Assembly: GCA_015490995.1 (NCBI GenBank)
Contig: WFWT01000001.1
Span: forward strand, 10,021 to 74,020
Length of the DNA: 64,000 nt
Source: Anaerolineae bacterium
GTDB taxonomy: Bacteria; Chloroflexota; Anaerolineae; JAADDB01
Direction of reading: 5' to 3'
Shown here: positions 19,832-29,752 of the stretch, piece by piece
Numbering within the stretch: position 1 is the first letter of the stretch
Layout of the letters: each line of letters begins with the position of its first letter
The notes under the pieces: generated by a model
Databases searched by the model: none
Told to the model about the DNA's origin: nothing
Seen by the model: the letters and a program-made list of their open reading frames with translations, nothing else
Made by a program: the position numbers and the translations under genes

Positions 19832-20920
19832 ATGGAAGTCCGATTAGAACGTTTAAGCAAACACTTTGGCAGCGTAGTGGCAGTGGACGACCTTACCCTC
19901 CACATCAAGAGCGGGGAGTTCGTAGCCCTGCTGGGACCCAGTGGCTGCGGCAAGACAACCACTCTTCTCATGCTGGCCGGTATCTACCGCCCTACCGGCG
20001 GTGAAATCTGGTTTGGCGACCGGTTGGTTAACGATGTCCTACCCAAGGACCGAAATATCGGCATGGTGTTCCAGTCGTACGCACTGTATCCCCACATGAC
20101 GGTGTTCGAAAACATCACCTTCCCCCTGAAGCTAAAGAAAGTGCCCAAGGAGGTCATGCGCGAAAAAGCCCAGCGCGTGGCTGACATGATGCAGATAGGT
20201 CACCTCATGGACCGCCGTCCAGCCCAACTGTCAGGAGGTCAGCAACAACGCGTCGCCTTAGCACGTGCCCTGGTAAAAGAACCGGATATTCTGCTCTTCG
20301 ATGAGCCTCTCAGCAACCTTGATGCCAAGTTACGCCTCACCATGCGGGGCGAGATCAAAAGGCTACAACATGATTTGGACATCACCTCTATCTACGTGAC
20401 CCACGATCAGGTCGAAGCCATGACCATGGCTGACCGCATCGCGGTCTTACGAGATGGTCGTCTGCAAGCCTTTGCTACTCCGGACGAACTATACAACCGG
20501 CCGCGCAATCTCTTTGTGGCCGGCTTCATCGGCAGTCCCCCCATGAACTTCCTGAATGCCCGTCTGACCGCACAGAACGGTCAAGCCATTGTGGAGGGGA
20601 ACGGCTTCCGTATTACTTTGCCTGAAGATCTGGGACGCAAAGCTCTCTCACAGGCACAAAGGGAAGAGGTGATCTATGGCATCCGGCCGGAACATATCCG
20701 CCTCGACCCTGACGGAGAAGTGGAAGCGGAGATCTACGTCATTGAGCCCCTCGGACGGGAAGATCTGCTCGATTGTCGGCTTCCCGATGGGACTTTGTTG
20801 GGCGTTCTAGTACCCTCCGGACACGGCGTGAAGATAGGTGAAAAAGTGCGCTTGAAGTTCCAGTTGGACCACAGCCAACTCTTTGACCCACATACGGAAC
20901 AATCCTTGTTGTGGAATTGA
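19832..20920 (+). CDS. ABC transporter ATP-binding protein (MalK/UgpC-type, with C-terminal TOBE domain)
   Basis: Walker A GPSGCGKTT, LSGGQQQRVALARAL signature, Walker B ILLFDEPLSNLD, and a C-terminal MalK-like regulatory domain. Confidence 0.9.
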   Translation: MEVRLERLSKHFGSVVAVDDLTLHIKSGEFVALLGPSGCGKTTTLLMLAGIYRPTGGEIWFGDRLVNDVLPKDRNIGMVFQSYALYPHMTVFENITFPLKLKKVPKEVMREKAQRVADMMQIGHLMDRRPAQLSGGQQQRVALARALVKEPDILLFDEPLSNLDAKLRLTMRGEIKRLQHDLDITSIYVTHDQVEAMTMADRIAVLRDGRLQAFATPDELYNRPRNLFVAGFIGSPPMNFLNARLTAQNGQAIVEGNGFRITLPEDLGRKALSQAQREEVIYGIRPEHIRLDPDGEVEAEIYVIEPLGREDLLDCRLPDGTLLGVLVPSGHGVKIGEKVRLKFQLDHSQLFDPHTEQSLLWN

Positions 20921-21026
20921 TGACATGCCTACACTGACATAAGGGGATTATCCGACCATACCGAAGGATCGTACAATTCCGTTCGCGGTAGGAGGCACTC
21001 TCACACACGTAACGTGCAACGACGAT

Positions 21027-21064
21027 GAGCCGTCTCCAATAGGGTGAGACGGCTCTAATTTTAT
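21027..21064 (+). terminator. Rho-independent terminator of the sugar ABC operon
   Basis: 10-bp perfect stem GAGCCGTCTC/GAGACGGCTC, 9-nt loop, followed by TAATTTT. Confidence 0.6.
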
Positions 21065-21118
21065 GCCAACCAACTTTCCTAAAACCTGGATGGAAAGGGG
21101 GGGACACAGCAACATATC

Positions 21119-22582
21119 ATGCACGCGACACAGACGTTAACCCAACAACGTGCTCTGGCAGAACGGTACACACCCATTATTTTTGCCGATGAGGCCGAAC
21201 CCTTCCAGCCAGAACTGGTAGGGTATACAATCTTCCGGCAGAGTGGTCCGTCCCTCTCCTTCCCCCGTACTATTGACGTCCATCCCCCGGTGTGGCGGGT
21301 GATCGAATATGCCATCTGGTGGGATTGGGATATCGGTCACCTCTACGAGTTGGAACACGTGTGGGTATACATTGACGAAGAGGAACGCGTTATCAAAGTA
21401 GAGGCATCCTGGCACGGGACGTATCACGAGATGCGAGTTGACGGGAGTATTCCCCTGGAAGGCACGCACCCCATTGTCTACGCTGAACCTGGCAAACACG
21501 CAATGGCCCCCTCGCCGGAGTGGCATACCCGTCGTGCATCTCAGATCATCCTTGCCTGTACCCGATTGGCCGGTGCTGGTGGAGTGTGGGAAAACGTGCT
21601 TTACGGTAGGCCCGAAGTGAAATCCCCACGTGTCGATCGGTTGGTGCGCACGTATCTACGGCGCAAAGCCTTTGTACCCACGTTCCGCTTTACACGCCAA
21701 ATTGCCGTGAAACCGGATATTCTCGTCCCCTGGCGGGAAATGGAACGCTTAATCCCAGCCCGCCTGCGGGTTTGGGTTCACCACCTGGAGCGCGCTTTGC
21801 CCGAGGAAGAACTTACCATGTTGGCTATCGCACACCGAGGAGCGTCGGCCCACGCACCAGAAAACACCCCTCTTGCCATCCGCTTGGCCGCCAGCATGGG
21901 AGCCGACATGGTGGAAATGGACGTCCGGGTCACAGCTGACGGGGTGCCCATCGTCATCCACGACCACGACCTCAAACGTTTGGCAGGCCGTGGTATCGAC
22001 GTTCACGAATTGACGCTGGAAGAGATTCAGGAAGTTCCGTTGCCGGAAAACCAACACATACCTACCTTGCACGAAGCCCTTTCCCTGTGTCGCGAGCTGG
22101 CCATCGGCGCCTACCTGGAATTGAAGGAGCCGGGCACAGCGATTCCGGCCGCGTTATTGGTCCGTCAGACGGGCATGACCTTTCACACGATTTTTAGTTC
22201 TTTTCACGCCGAGCTGTTGCGGGAAGTGAAACGTGTTCTGCCCCACGCCAGCACAGCTATTCTCTTCCGAGATATTGACGTTGATCCATTAGATCTGGCT
22301 GCGCAGGCGGCGGCGGATTACGTCCATCCTGCTTGGGAAAAAGCGGCGCCCCGTCCCGATTTCCTCCTTTCGCGGGCCTGGGTGGAACGAGTCCACGCCC
22401 AGAATCTGGGCATCATCACTTGGCATGAGGAACGCCCTAACGTAGTACGTGCCCTCCGTCACCTGGGCGTGGACGGCATTTGCAGTGACCGGCCAGATGT
22501 GCTTATGTTGGCCAAAAGTGGTCCCGCACTGCCAGGCAACACCCGATGGCACAACGATGGGTACACGTTGACGGGCAATTGA
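21119..22582 (+). CDS. Two-domain protein: N-terminal 230-aa domain of unknown function fused to a glycerophosphodiester phosphodiesterase (GDPD) domain
   Basis: C-terminal half carries GDPD motifs (IAHRGAS..PENT, EMDVRVTADGVPIVIHD, ELK); the N-terminal half has no family I can recognise. Confidence 0.75.
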   Translation: MHATQTLTQQRALAERYTPIIFADEAEPFQPELVGYTIFRQSGPSLSFPRTIDVHPPVWRVIEYAIWWDWDIGHLYELEHVWVYIDEEERVIKVEASWHGTYHEMRVDGSIPLEGTHPIVYAEPGKHAMAPSPEWHTRRASQIILACTRLAGAGGVWENVLYGRPEVKSPRVDRLVRTYLRRKAFVPTFRFTRQIAVKPDILVPWREMERLIPARLRVWVHHLERALPEEELTMLAIAHRGASAHAPENTPLAIRLAASMGADMVEMDVRVTADGVPIVIHDHDLKRLAGRGIDVHELTLEEIQEVPLPENQHIPTLHEALSLCRELAIGAYLELKEPGTAIPAALLVRQTGMTFHTIFSSFHAELLREVKRVLPHASTAILFRDIDVDPLDLAAQAAADYVHPAWEKAAPRPDFLLSRAWVERVHAQNLGIITWHEERPNVVRALRHLGVDGICSDRPDVLMLAKSGPALPGNTRWHNDGYTLTGN

Positions 22583-22631
22583 CCTCTAGGGCCCAGAGAA
22601 CTCCCACCCAGATGCCTGGATAGGAGCGAGC

Positions 22632-23774
22632 ATGGTGAGCCAAGTCGTCGAAACCACGGTCAGCGTCGGTTGGATTCTGGCCGCGGATGTGGTGGACGCT
22701 ACTATCCTGCGCGCGTACTACCAGGCACGAGATATCGTTTTGCGCATCTTACAGGACCAATTTCCGGAATTCTCCTGGGAGATGCCCTTTGTCGAGCGCA
22801 GGGTGTATATGCCCCTGGGCGCATTAGACCCCCTTCCTCTGGCCGAACTGGGCGCGGAAGAGAAGATTTACCGTCACTGGGACTACGCCATCGTGCTGGT
22901 GCCCAACGAGCTCAACCCCCGACATCGCATCTTTACCCTAGCGTTGCCCTCTTCCGCCCTGGAAGTAGCCGTTGTCTCCAGTGCGCGCCTTGGTCACGAT
23001 GAGGGCGCAGCAGAACGCTTGGCCGCCCTAGTCCTTCACGAGTTAGGGCACCTGTGGGGGCTGGATCACGCCCCAGAAGGACCTATGGTGCCACCAGCGG
23101 TGCCGGAACAGCTACAGGTCACTCTCTTTCCGCGTGAACAACAAGAGGCCATCATCGCCCACCTGCGGCCCATCGCGGACGCCCGTCTGGAAGAACAACA
23201 ACCGCGCTGGAACATTTTCCTCTTTTACATTCGCACCTTCTTCCTCAATCCACGTGAGATTCTATTGAGCATCTGGGGATACACTCCCTGGAGAATGCCC
23301 CTATACCTCGGGCGCCTCACAGCAGCGGCGGCCATCTCCACCATTTTCCTGCTCCTAACCGCGGAGGCATGGGAAGTGGGAAGTCATCTTCCGGGCAACA
23401 CGTTCTTCTTTGCTCCCCTGGGTGCTATCCTCCTGGCCACACTGGCCCTTTTCTTCGGCCAGAACATGGGACAAGTTACCCGGGAGATAGCCCTACGAGA
23501 ACAGGCCGCCCGAACCCGCATAGTGCTCTTCGGCACGCTCCTCCTCGGCATGAGCGCGGTTTGGGGTGTAATTTACGTTATCTCTTTGCTCATCGCCTTT
23601 TTGCTCCCCCGTAGTGTACTCGCGCAGTGGGCCGGTATCAACCTCGACACCTTGGCGGTGCTTCGCTACGCGAACTTCATGGCCACTGTAGGGGTCCTGG
23701 CCGCTGCCCTGGGGGGCAACTTAGAAGAAGAGGGAGACATCAAAGCAGAAGTGCTCTTTGACGAGGAAACATAA
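22632..23774 (+). CDS. Putative membrane-anchored zinc metalloprotease (metzincin-like HExxHxxGxxH)
   Basis: HELGHLWGLDH motif in a soluble N-terminal domain, followed by 4-5 predicted TM helices. Confidence 0.45.
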   Translation: MVSQVVETTVSVGWILAADVVDATILRAYYQARDIVLRILQDQFPEFSWEMPFVERRVYMPLGALDPLPLAELGAEEKIYRHWDYAIVLVPNELNPRHRIFTLALPSSALEVAVVSSARLGHDEGAAERLAALVLHELGHLWGLDHAPEGPMVPPAVPEQLQVTLFPREQQEAIIAHLRPIADARLEEQQPRWNIFLFYIRTFFLNPREILLSIWGYTPWRMPLYLGRLTAAAAISTIFLLLTAEAWEVGSHLPGNTFFFAPLGAILLATLALFFGQNMGQVTREIALREQAARTRIVLFGTLLLGMSAVWGVIYVISLLIAFLLPRSVLAQWAGINLDTLAVLRYANFMATVGVLAAALGGNLEEEGDIKAEVLFDEET

Positions 23775-23867
23775 GTGACGAACAATCCCCCGCACCGTTT
23801 ACCCATTACCTGAGACATTTGCTTTCACCCCTCCCCTGTAACGCTCAATCCGGCAGGATAGGAGATC

Positions 23868-25826
23868 ATGGACAATAAACGCCGGTATGGTATTGGGCTC
23901 CTGAGCATTACCGGGCTCGCTTTTGGCCTGCGTTGGGCTTATCCCACGCTCGTGGAGTTCGGATTTGATGAGGCCCACGTCTCCCGCCTTGCCCTGTTTA
24001 TCGCCCATTATGGCTATCGCCCGGTGTTCGGGGTGGAATCGTCCATTGGAGTACGGCAGTTTCCCCTGTTCCTGTACCTAGCTTCCCTGCCTCTCCGCCT
24101 ATGGCCCCACCCGTTAGCTATTGTATTTTTCATCGCCGGTCTGAACGCGTTGGCCGTACCCCTCACGTACATGCTGACGCGACGTTACTGGGGGCCACGC
24201 GCAGCACTTGTAGCCGCGCTGTTATTTGCCGTGAACGGGTGGGCTGTCCTTTATGGTCGCAAGATATGGGTGCAGAACATTACCTTGATCACCGTTCTTT
24301 TCGGCATGGTCTTTTTCCGGGCCTTTGTGGACGACCGTCCTTGGGCTTGGCTTGTGGTCTGGCCAGCAGTGGCGGCGTTAATCGGGCTCCACCTCGAGGG
24401 CCTTGCCTTTGTGGTGATCGTACTCCTGGCAATGGTCCTGCGAGGACGACACGTGCCTTGGCGATGGGCCATCACGGGCATTGGCTTGTCCGCTTTAGCG
24501 TTAAGCCCCTACCTCATAGCTGACGCACGCGCGGGGTGGCGTAACGTGCACAATTTCTGGCACTACATCGGACAAAGCCCAGGCCTTGTGACGCTGGACG
24601 CCTGGCAGTTTGCCCTTCGGCTGGCCAGTGGACAGGCACTCACGGTGCTAGCCGGCCAAAACACGGCACAACTCACATCTCAACTCCCACCGTTCTGGCT
24701 GTTGGATACCGGCATGGGGATCTTGTCGGCCCTTGGTCTCCTCTACGCGCTGGCGCGTGGCCTAAAAGATCGAACCTGGGGAGGACGCCGTTACGTGGCG
24801 TTGGTGTTATGGTTTGTTATTCCTGTACTTTTACAAACGTATCACACCCGCCCCGTGTACCCACGTTATTTCACGATACTCTACCCGGTGCCCTTCATGC
24901 TTGTTGGAGCTCTGGTAGCAGAGGGCCTCCCTGCGCTCAGAAACTGGTTAAGCGATCGTGTGGTAGGCTGGCTCCGATGGTGTGTTGGCGGTTGGCTGGG
25001 CGCGTGGGCCGTGTGGCAATTCGTTCTTTTGCTGGCCATCTGGCGTTTTGTGGACTCTTACCCAACACCGGGCGGCTTCGGAACTCCGCTGAAATATCCT
25101 TGGTCGGCTGCCGAGGTGGCCAAAGCTACAGCCGGAGAGGGGGAGATTATCGTGATGGCCCCTGCCGGTGAACTGGAGTGGAGTGTCCCCCGCCAGATGT
25201 TTGACGCGCTGCTCTTTACCCACGAACGGCGCTTTGTCAACGGCCAGGAGACAATTATCTTGCCCAAGGGCTCTGTCGTCTATATCGTCGGACCTCTTGC
25301 GCCTCAGGACGACGCTATGGCTGCAACGTTAACCTTCCTAGAGACTTACGGTAACGTCCAACGTATCACCACAATAGAGGATCCCAACGACCAGCGGTTT
25401 ATCGTGCTGCGCCGTACCGATGGGCCGCAGTCTATGCCCCCCACGTTCACGTTGTGGACGCCTCCGGTAAGGTTGGCCAACGGCGTGCGTTTCTTTGCGT
25501 TTGCCATACGCCCTGTCGACCACGCTTGGGAAGTGTGGCTGGGATGGGACATCGAACGTGTGTCCGAGGAAATGTACCGCATTTATGTCCACGGGTTGAA
25601 CGCTCAAGGCAATATCGTTGCCCTTGGAGACATCAGTGGTCTATTGCCTTATTATCGCCGAGAGGGGGATCGCCTGTTCAGCCGAGTGGTGCTTCCCACA
25701 TCCCCTAATATGGTCAGGATTCGCGTGGGCATGTACATCTACCCTACACAACAACGGATTCCCATTGTGTCACCGCCTGCTTGGGCAGGGAAGGATGGGG
25801 TCACGTTAAGCTTAGCACCCCAGTAG
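23868..25826 (+). CDS. GT-C-fold glycosyltransferase (ArnT/PMT family-39-like) membrane protein
   Basis: 652 aa with roughly 12 N-terminal TM helices including the characteristic first-loop region, plus a C-terminal soluble domain. Confidence 0.6.
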   Translation: MDNKRRYGIGLLSITGLAFGLRWAYPTLVEFGFDEAHVSRLALFIAHYGYRPVFGVESSIGVRQFPLFLYLASLPLRLWPHPLAIVFFIAGLNALAVPLTYMLTRRYWGPRAALVAALLFAVNGWAVLYGRKIWVQNITLITVLFGMVFFRAFVDDRPWAWLVVWPAVAALIGLHLEGLAFVVIVLLAMVLRGRHVPWRWAITGIGLSALALSPYLIADARAGWRNVHNFWHYIGQSPGLVTLDAWQFALRLASGQALTVLAGQNTAQLTSQLPPFWLLDTGMGILSALGLLYALARGLKDRTWGGRRYVALVLWFVIPVLLQTYHTRPVYPRYFTILYPVPFMLVGALVAEGLPALRNWLSDRVVGWLRWCVGGWLGAWAVWQFVLLLAIWRFVDSYPTPGGFGTPLKYPWSAAEVAKATAGEGEIIVMAPAGELEWSVPRQMFDALLFTHERRFVNGQETIILPKGSVVYIVGPLAPQDDAMAATLTFLETYGNVQRITTIEDPNDQRFIVLRRTDGPQSMPPTFTLWTPPVRLANGVRFFAFAIRPVDHAWEVWLGWDIERVSEEMYRIYVHGLNAQGNIVALGDISGLLPYYRREGDRLFSRVVLPTSPNMVRIRVGMYIYPTQQRIPIVSPPAWAGKDGVTLSLAPQ

Positions 25827-26042
25827 TACTGGGCCACAATGATTCTTTGAGTGAAGGTGAAGGCAAACAGAAGCAGCCGGTTTCCCCTTCTTCCACGAAC
25901 CTCCCTTGGCCAGGCACAGCCATAACAGTCATAAAAGAAATCACCGTGGTCAGGCAGCAGGACGCTGGACATAATGGACTTGTGTCAGAGTCTGGAGGCT
26001 TGGAAAAGGAGACCGGCGGCTATTTAGCCAAAGTTCAGTAGT

Positions 26043-26636
26043 TTAGGAACCCGAGGGGCTAGGAGGTAACCATGATGTATGAGCGTTGAGACGGGTAGCG
26101 ATGTCCGCGTGAAGCTGTGGGATGACGGTAGCGTACAGGAGTTCCCCGGCCTCTGTGGACTCAGCACCTAAGGTAACTGCAGCTTCAACATCCGCGACAG
26201 GGCCGTGGAAAAACACGAGGCCTTTACCCCCCAGCCCATCGGCCAAACGCACTTCCAGAAGCTGGACCTCCGCTCCTTTCCGACCGGCATCCGCAGCCCG
26301 GATGGCCGCCGCTACCGTGCGTGTTTCGACAATGCCAAGCGCTTCCAACACAGGCGGCCAGCGAGCCCCCTGTTCAACCGCCGCGACTACATCCTCGTGT
26401 ACTCCGGGTAAGTATACCTCACCTACCAGAGCAGCCGCGCCGGCCCGGCGACCGGCTACCAGAGCTTCCTCAACTTCTGCCACCGCGCCGGCCACTAATA
26501 CCAACAGCTTTCCCGGCTGGACAGTGCCCACGTGTACGTGGGCTACCGCCGCTCGTTTCACCATCGCATCGGCTGCTTCAATGCCCACAGCAATGCTGTC
26601 AAACTCCAGCAACGCCAAGGCCGGGTAGGTAGTCAC
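26043..26636 (-). CDS. BMC shell protein, tandem BMC-domain trimer type (BMC-T, PduT-like)
   Basis: Two consecutive PF00936-like BMC domains ([26 protein letters not shown] ... and ALGIVETRTVAAAIRAADAGRKGAEV ...), collinear with PduT. The pore Cys of PduT is replaced (GTVQPGK); GTG start with an AGGAGGGAAGG SD. Confidence 0.8.
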   Translation of the reverse strand: MTTYPALALLEFDSIAVGIEAADAMVKRAAVAHVHVGTVQPGKLLVLVAGAVAEVEEALVAGRRAGAAALVGEVYLPGVHEDVVAAVEQGARWPPVLEALGIVETRTVAAAIRAADAGRKGAEVQLLEVRLADGLGGKGLVFFHGPVADVEAAVTLGAESTEAGELLYATVIPQLHADIATRLNAHTSWLPPSPSGS

Positions 26637-26651
26637 CCTTCCCTCCTGGGC

Positions 26652-28157
26652 TTATACAATACGGAAGTGGTCAACCAGGGTGCAGCGGCGTGGCCGGGCA
26701 AAGGTGCGTGCGTTGGTCAACCCTTCGCCGGTAGGACTGGCGATGCTGAAGGAGGTATATCCTTCCCCGCCATAGCCTAACCCGGCCAAGTTAGGCCCGT
26801 TCTTCACAAAGATCGAGGTGTTTATCTCTCGGGCCATCCGGCTTAGATTATCCAGATTTCGGGACCACATCACAGCCGTATGGCCAAAACCATGTTCGGC
26901 CTCCACGGCCAGCCTGATCGCTTCATCCACATCCCGCACTCGCACAATGGGCAATACCGGCATCAATTGTTCTGTCCACACCAGTGGATGCTCTACAGGC
27001 ACCTCAATGATAATCAGGCGGACACGGTCATCTGCAGGGATGCCCAACTCCTTAAGGAGGGCTGCGGCCGATTTCCCCACCCACGATTTACGAATGACCC
27101 CCGGCCGACGTGGTCCACGCATTTCCTCAAAAATGATCTTCTCTAAACTGCGGACGCGATAGGATGGTAATTCTACGGCGCCGTGAGCTGTCATAGCCTG
27201 TTTCAGGGCATCTGCGACTTGATCTACGACGAACACCTCCTTTTCATCGGTGCATACGATGTTATTGTCAAAGGATGCCCCCATTACTATGCCCTGACCG
27301 GCCTTTTCAATGTCGGCCGTCTCATCTACTACCACGGGGGGATTTCCAGGACCGGCACAGATAGCCCGCTTACCCGAGCGCATGGCCTCTCGCACCACCC
27401 CCGGCCCACCGGTAACCAGCAATAACCGCACACCGGGATGACGCATAAGTGCCTGTGCCGTCTCTATGGTGGGGTCCGCGCACGCGGTGATCAAGTCCGG
27501 CGGTCCCCCTGCCGCTCGGATAGCTCGGTTCAGCAACTGAATCTGGAAGGTGTTCACCTGTTTGGCACCGGGATGTACATTGAATACCACGGCGTTGCCC
27601 GCGCTAATAATGCTGATTGCGTTGTTGATGACCGTAGCCGTGGGGTTGGTGATAGGTGTAATCGCGGCAACCACACCGTACGGAGCCCACTCTGTAAGGG
27701 TCAACCCGTCATCACCACTCCATGCTACCGGCTCTAAAATTTCTGGTCCCGGGGTTTTGGTAGCGACTAGCTCGTTCTTTTTGACCTTATCCTCCACTCG
27801 ACCGAGACCCGTTTCCTCATGGGCCATGCGTGCCAGGAGCTCAGCGTTTTGCAGAGAGACGTCCCGAATGGCCTGAATGATGCGCTTTCGCGCGGCAAGG
27901 CTCAAACGGTTTAGCTTCTGATAAGCCACCCGTGCCGCGCGCACGGCGCTATCCACATCTGGATAGATGCCATCCTCGCCGGAGACCACAGGAGGAGCGA
28001 TTTCTCGGCCAACCCGGCCTACATGTGAAAGGTGAGGAGGTGGCCCTTCCTCCTTCTGCACCTGAGAAGCTCCCGTCACCGTTCGGCCTTCACGCTCCTT
28101 TAAAGCGGTCAGAACACGCTGTGTGATCGCCTCGATAGTACGTTCATCCAAAGGCAT
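26652..28157 (-). CDS. CoA-acylating aldehyde dehydrogenase (PduP/EutE family) with N-terminal encapsulation peptide
   Basis: Catalytic region VCTDEKEV and overall PduP/EutE-like architecture. N-terminal amphipathic helix ERTIEAITQRVLTALKE followed by a Pro/Gly-rich linker, as in BMC-targeted aldehyde dehydrogenases. Confidence 0.88.
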   Translation of the reverse strand: MPLDERTIEAITQRVLTALKEREGRTVTGASQVQKEEGPPPHLSHVGRVGREIAPPVVSGEDGIYPDVDSAVRAARVAYQKLNRLSLAARKRIIQAIRDVSLQNAELLARMAHEETGLGRVEDKVKKNELVATKTPGPEILEPVAWSGDDGLTLTEWAPYGVVAAITPITNPTATVINNAISIISAGNAVVFNVHPGAKQVNTFQIQLLNRAIRAAGGPPDLITACADPTIETAQALMRHPGVRLLLVTGGPGVVREAMRSGKRAICAGPGNPPVVVDETADIEKAGQGIVMGASFDNNIVCTDEKEVFVVDQVADALKQAMTAHGAVELPSYRVRSLEKIIFEEMRGPRRPGVIRKSWVGKSAAALLKELGIPADDRVRLIIIEVPVEHPLVWTEQLMPVLPIVRVRDVDEAIRLAVEAEHGFGHTAVMWSRNLDNLSRMAREINTSIFVKNGPNLAGLGYGGEGYTSFSIASPTGEGLTNARTFARPRRCTLVDHFRIV

Positions 28158-28160
28158 GGG

Positions 28161-28457
28161 TTACTCCGCTCCTTTGCGGTATTTCACCTCACCGTTCACT
28201 TCCCACTCGTCAATGATAGCCATGATCACCGCGTCACAGGGTCGCTTGTCCGTCAGGACGGTCTGGCGGGCTGAGGAGCCCGTGGCATACAACACATATT
28301 CACCAACACCTGCTCCCACTGCGTCCACGGCCACCACATATCCCTCTTTCTCCTGGCCGTTGACGTCTACCTGGCGCAGGAGAAGAAATTTCAACCCCTC
28401 CATCTTTGGGTCCTTCCGGGTTGCGACAACAGTACCCACCACTTTGCCTATGAGCAT
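28161..28457 (-). CDS. BMC vertex protein (BMC-P; EutN/PduN/CcmL family)
   Basis: 98-aa protein [15 protein letters not shown]...LKFLLL matching the EutN/CcmL fold signature. ATG at 28457 with a GTGAGG SD; an alternative GTG at 28469 overlaps the upstream stop. Confidence 0.8.
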   Translation of the reverse strand: MLIGKVVGTVVATRKDPKMEGLKFLLLRQVDVNGQEKEGYVVAVDAVGAGVGEYVLYATGSSARQTVLTDKRPCDAVIMAIIDEWEVNGEVKYRKGAE

Positions 28458-28465
28458 GGTTCGCC

Positions 28466-29308
28466 TCACTTGGGCTTTAGCTCTATGTCGACGGATGGGG
28501 ATTCGGACGTGGGCGGTTCAACCTGGGCTTTGGGTTGACGTGGTACCCCGGGGCGCGTTGCCACTCGGGGACGCCGGGCGCGCTTGGGTGGAGGCGCCGT
28601 GCGCGCGATAAACGCGCGCAACCGTTCACCTGCCCGGTCCGTCAGCACCGGCCCATGGCCAAAACACGCTACCTGTACATTCTTCAGCCGCCCTAGCTTA
28701 CGCAGTGAATCGCGCACAATCTCAGGCTGAGGGGTGAACACAGCCGGTGGAAGCGCCAGTTTTCCTCTCCGATGAGAAATTACATCCCCCACAAAGAGTA
28801 CTCCTGTCTCCTTGTGATAAAGGGACATATGGCCTGGCGTGTGACCGGGCGTGTGGATGACCTGTAGACCGTTGTCCAGTACCTCGGTATCCACCACCAA
28901 CAGGTCGGGCTGCAAGCGGGGTAGCCGTAACACGGTGCGACTGAGCAAGAAGTAAAGGGGGGTGATCAACACGCCCAGGGGATGTCGGAAATTAGGCCAC
29001 CGATGCCATTTCCCTTTAAAAAACATCGCCTCAATGGCATGCACCACTACGCGCGCGCCTGTCGCCTCTCGGATCACCCGCAACCCACCGGCATGATCGG
29101 TGTCGGCATGGGTGATGAGAATCTCCTTTATGTCTTCTGGGTTAAACCCTGCTTCCTTGATTGCGTTTAGGATCTTCTTACCATGCCATGGAAGGCCGGT
29201 GTCAATGAGGGCGAGATGACCATCCCATCGCCACAAGTAGACGTTTACCGAACTACCGATATCATCAATGTGCCACACATTTTCGGCTATCTCCTTCACG
29301 CGGCTCAC
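28466..29308 (-). CDS. MBL-fold metallo-hydrolase embedded in the BMC operon
   Basis: Beta-lactamase-fold motifs: the metal-binding motif reads [11 protein letters not shown] (H-x-D-x-D-H variant of HxHxDH), plus downstream HTPGHTPGH and a GD..H ligand region. Pro/Arg/Lys-rich C-terminal tail of about 45 aa. Confidence 0.8.
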   Translation of the reverse strand: MSRVKEIAENVWHIDDIGSSVNVYLWRWDGHLALIDTGLPWHGKKILNAIKEAGFNPEDIKEILITHADTDHAGGLRVIREATGARVVVHAIEAMFFKGKWHRWPNFRHPLGVLITPLYFLLSRTVLRLPRLQPDLLVVDTEVLDNGLQVIHTPGHTPGHMSLYHKETGVLFVGDVISHRRGKLALPPAVFTPQPEIVRDSLRKLGRLKNVQVACFGHGPVLTDRAGERLRAFIARTAPPPKRARRPRVATRPGVPRQPKAQVEPPTSESPSVDIELKPK

Positions 29309-29335
29309 CTCCTCTTAAGTTCGGTTATTCTCATT

Positions 29336-29632
29336 TCACGTGTTCTCCACTGCTTCTTGACGACCCAGGGGGAGCACACGGTCCACGTTCGGGTGCGGCC
29401 GCGGAATGACGTGGACAGCAACGACTTCACCCACACGCTCGGCGTTACGTGCACCTGCTTCCACCGCTGCCTTTACCGCCGCCACGTCGCCCCGCACAAT
29501 AGCGGTGACATACCCGCCCCCGGTTTTCTCGTATCCTACCAGTTCAACCTTTGCTGCCTTGACCATAGCATCCGCGGCTTCCACCACGGCGGCAAAACTA
29601 CGGCATTCGATCATACCCAACGCTTCGGCCAT
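29336..29632 (-). CDS. BMC hexamer shell protein (BMC-H, PduA/CcmK-like)
   Basis: MAEALGMIE...[42 protein letters not shown]...VHVIPRPH is a near-canonical BMC-H sequence; ATG at 29632 with an AAGGAGGG SD. Confidence 0.92.
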   Translation of the reverse strand: MAEALGMIECRSFAAVVEAADAMVKAAKVELVGYEKTGGGYVTAIVRGDVAAVKAAVEAGARNAERVGEVVAVHVIPRPHPNVDRVLPLGRQEAVENT

Positions 29633-29752
29633 TGTGCCCTCCTTGCCCATTTGAAGTAAAGTTAAAAATGACGGTTCACTCTTTCACAGCCTCATGTTTC
29701 GGGCTAAGAGAACGTCCCATAGGACGAACGGGAGCTCTCCCAATAATCGTGA

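Noticed and set aside
25827-26042. Convergent gap between the GT-C gene and the BMC operon examined for terminators; a GGCTATTTAGCC palindrome was noted.
   Set aside because: The stem is only 5 bp with a 2-nt loop, too weak to call a terminator. No T-tract follows.
26043-26636. Possible 4Fe-4S pore site in the PduT-like BMC-T.
   Set aside because: The Cys that ligates the cluster in PduT aligns to Gln here (GTVQPGK), so no Fe-S site is predicted in this protein.
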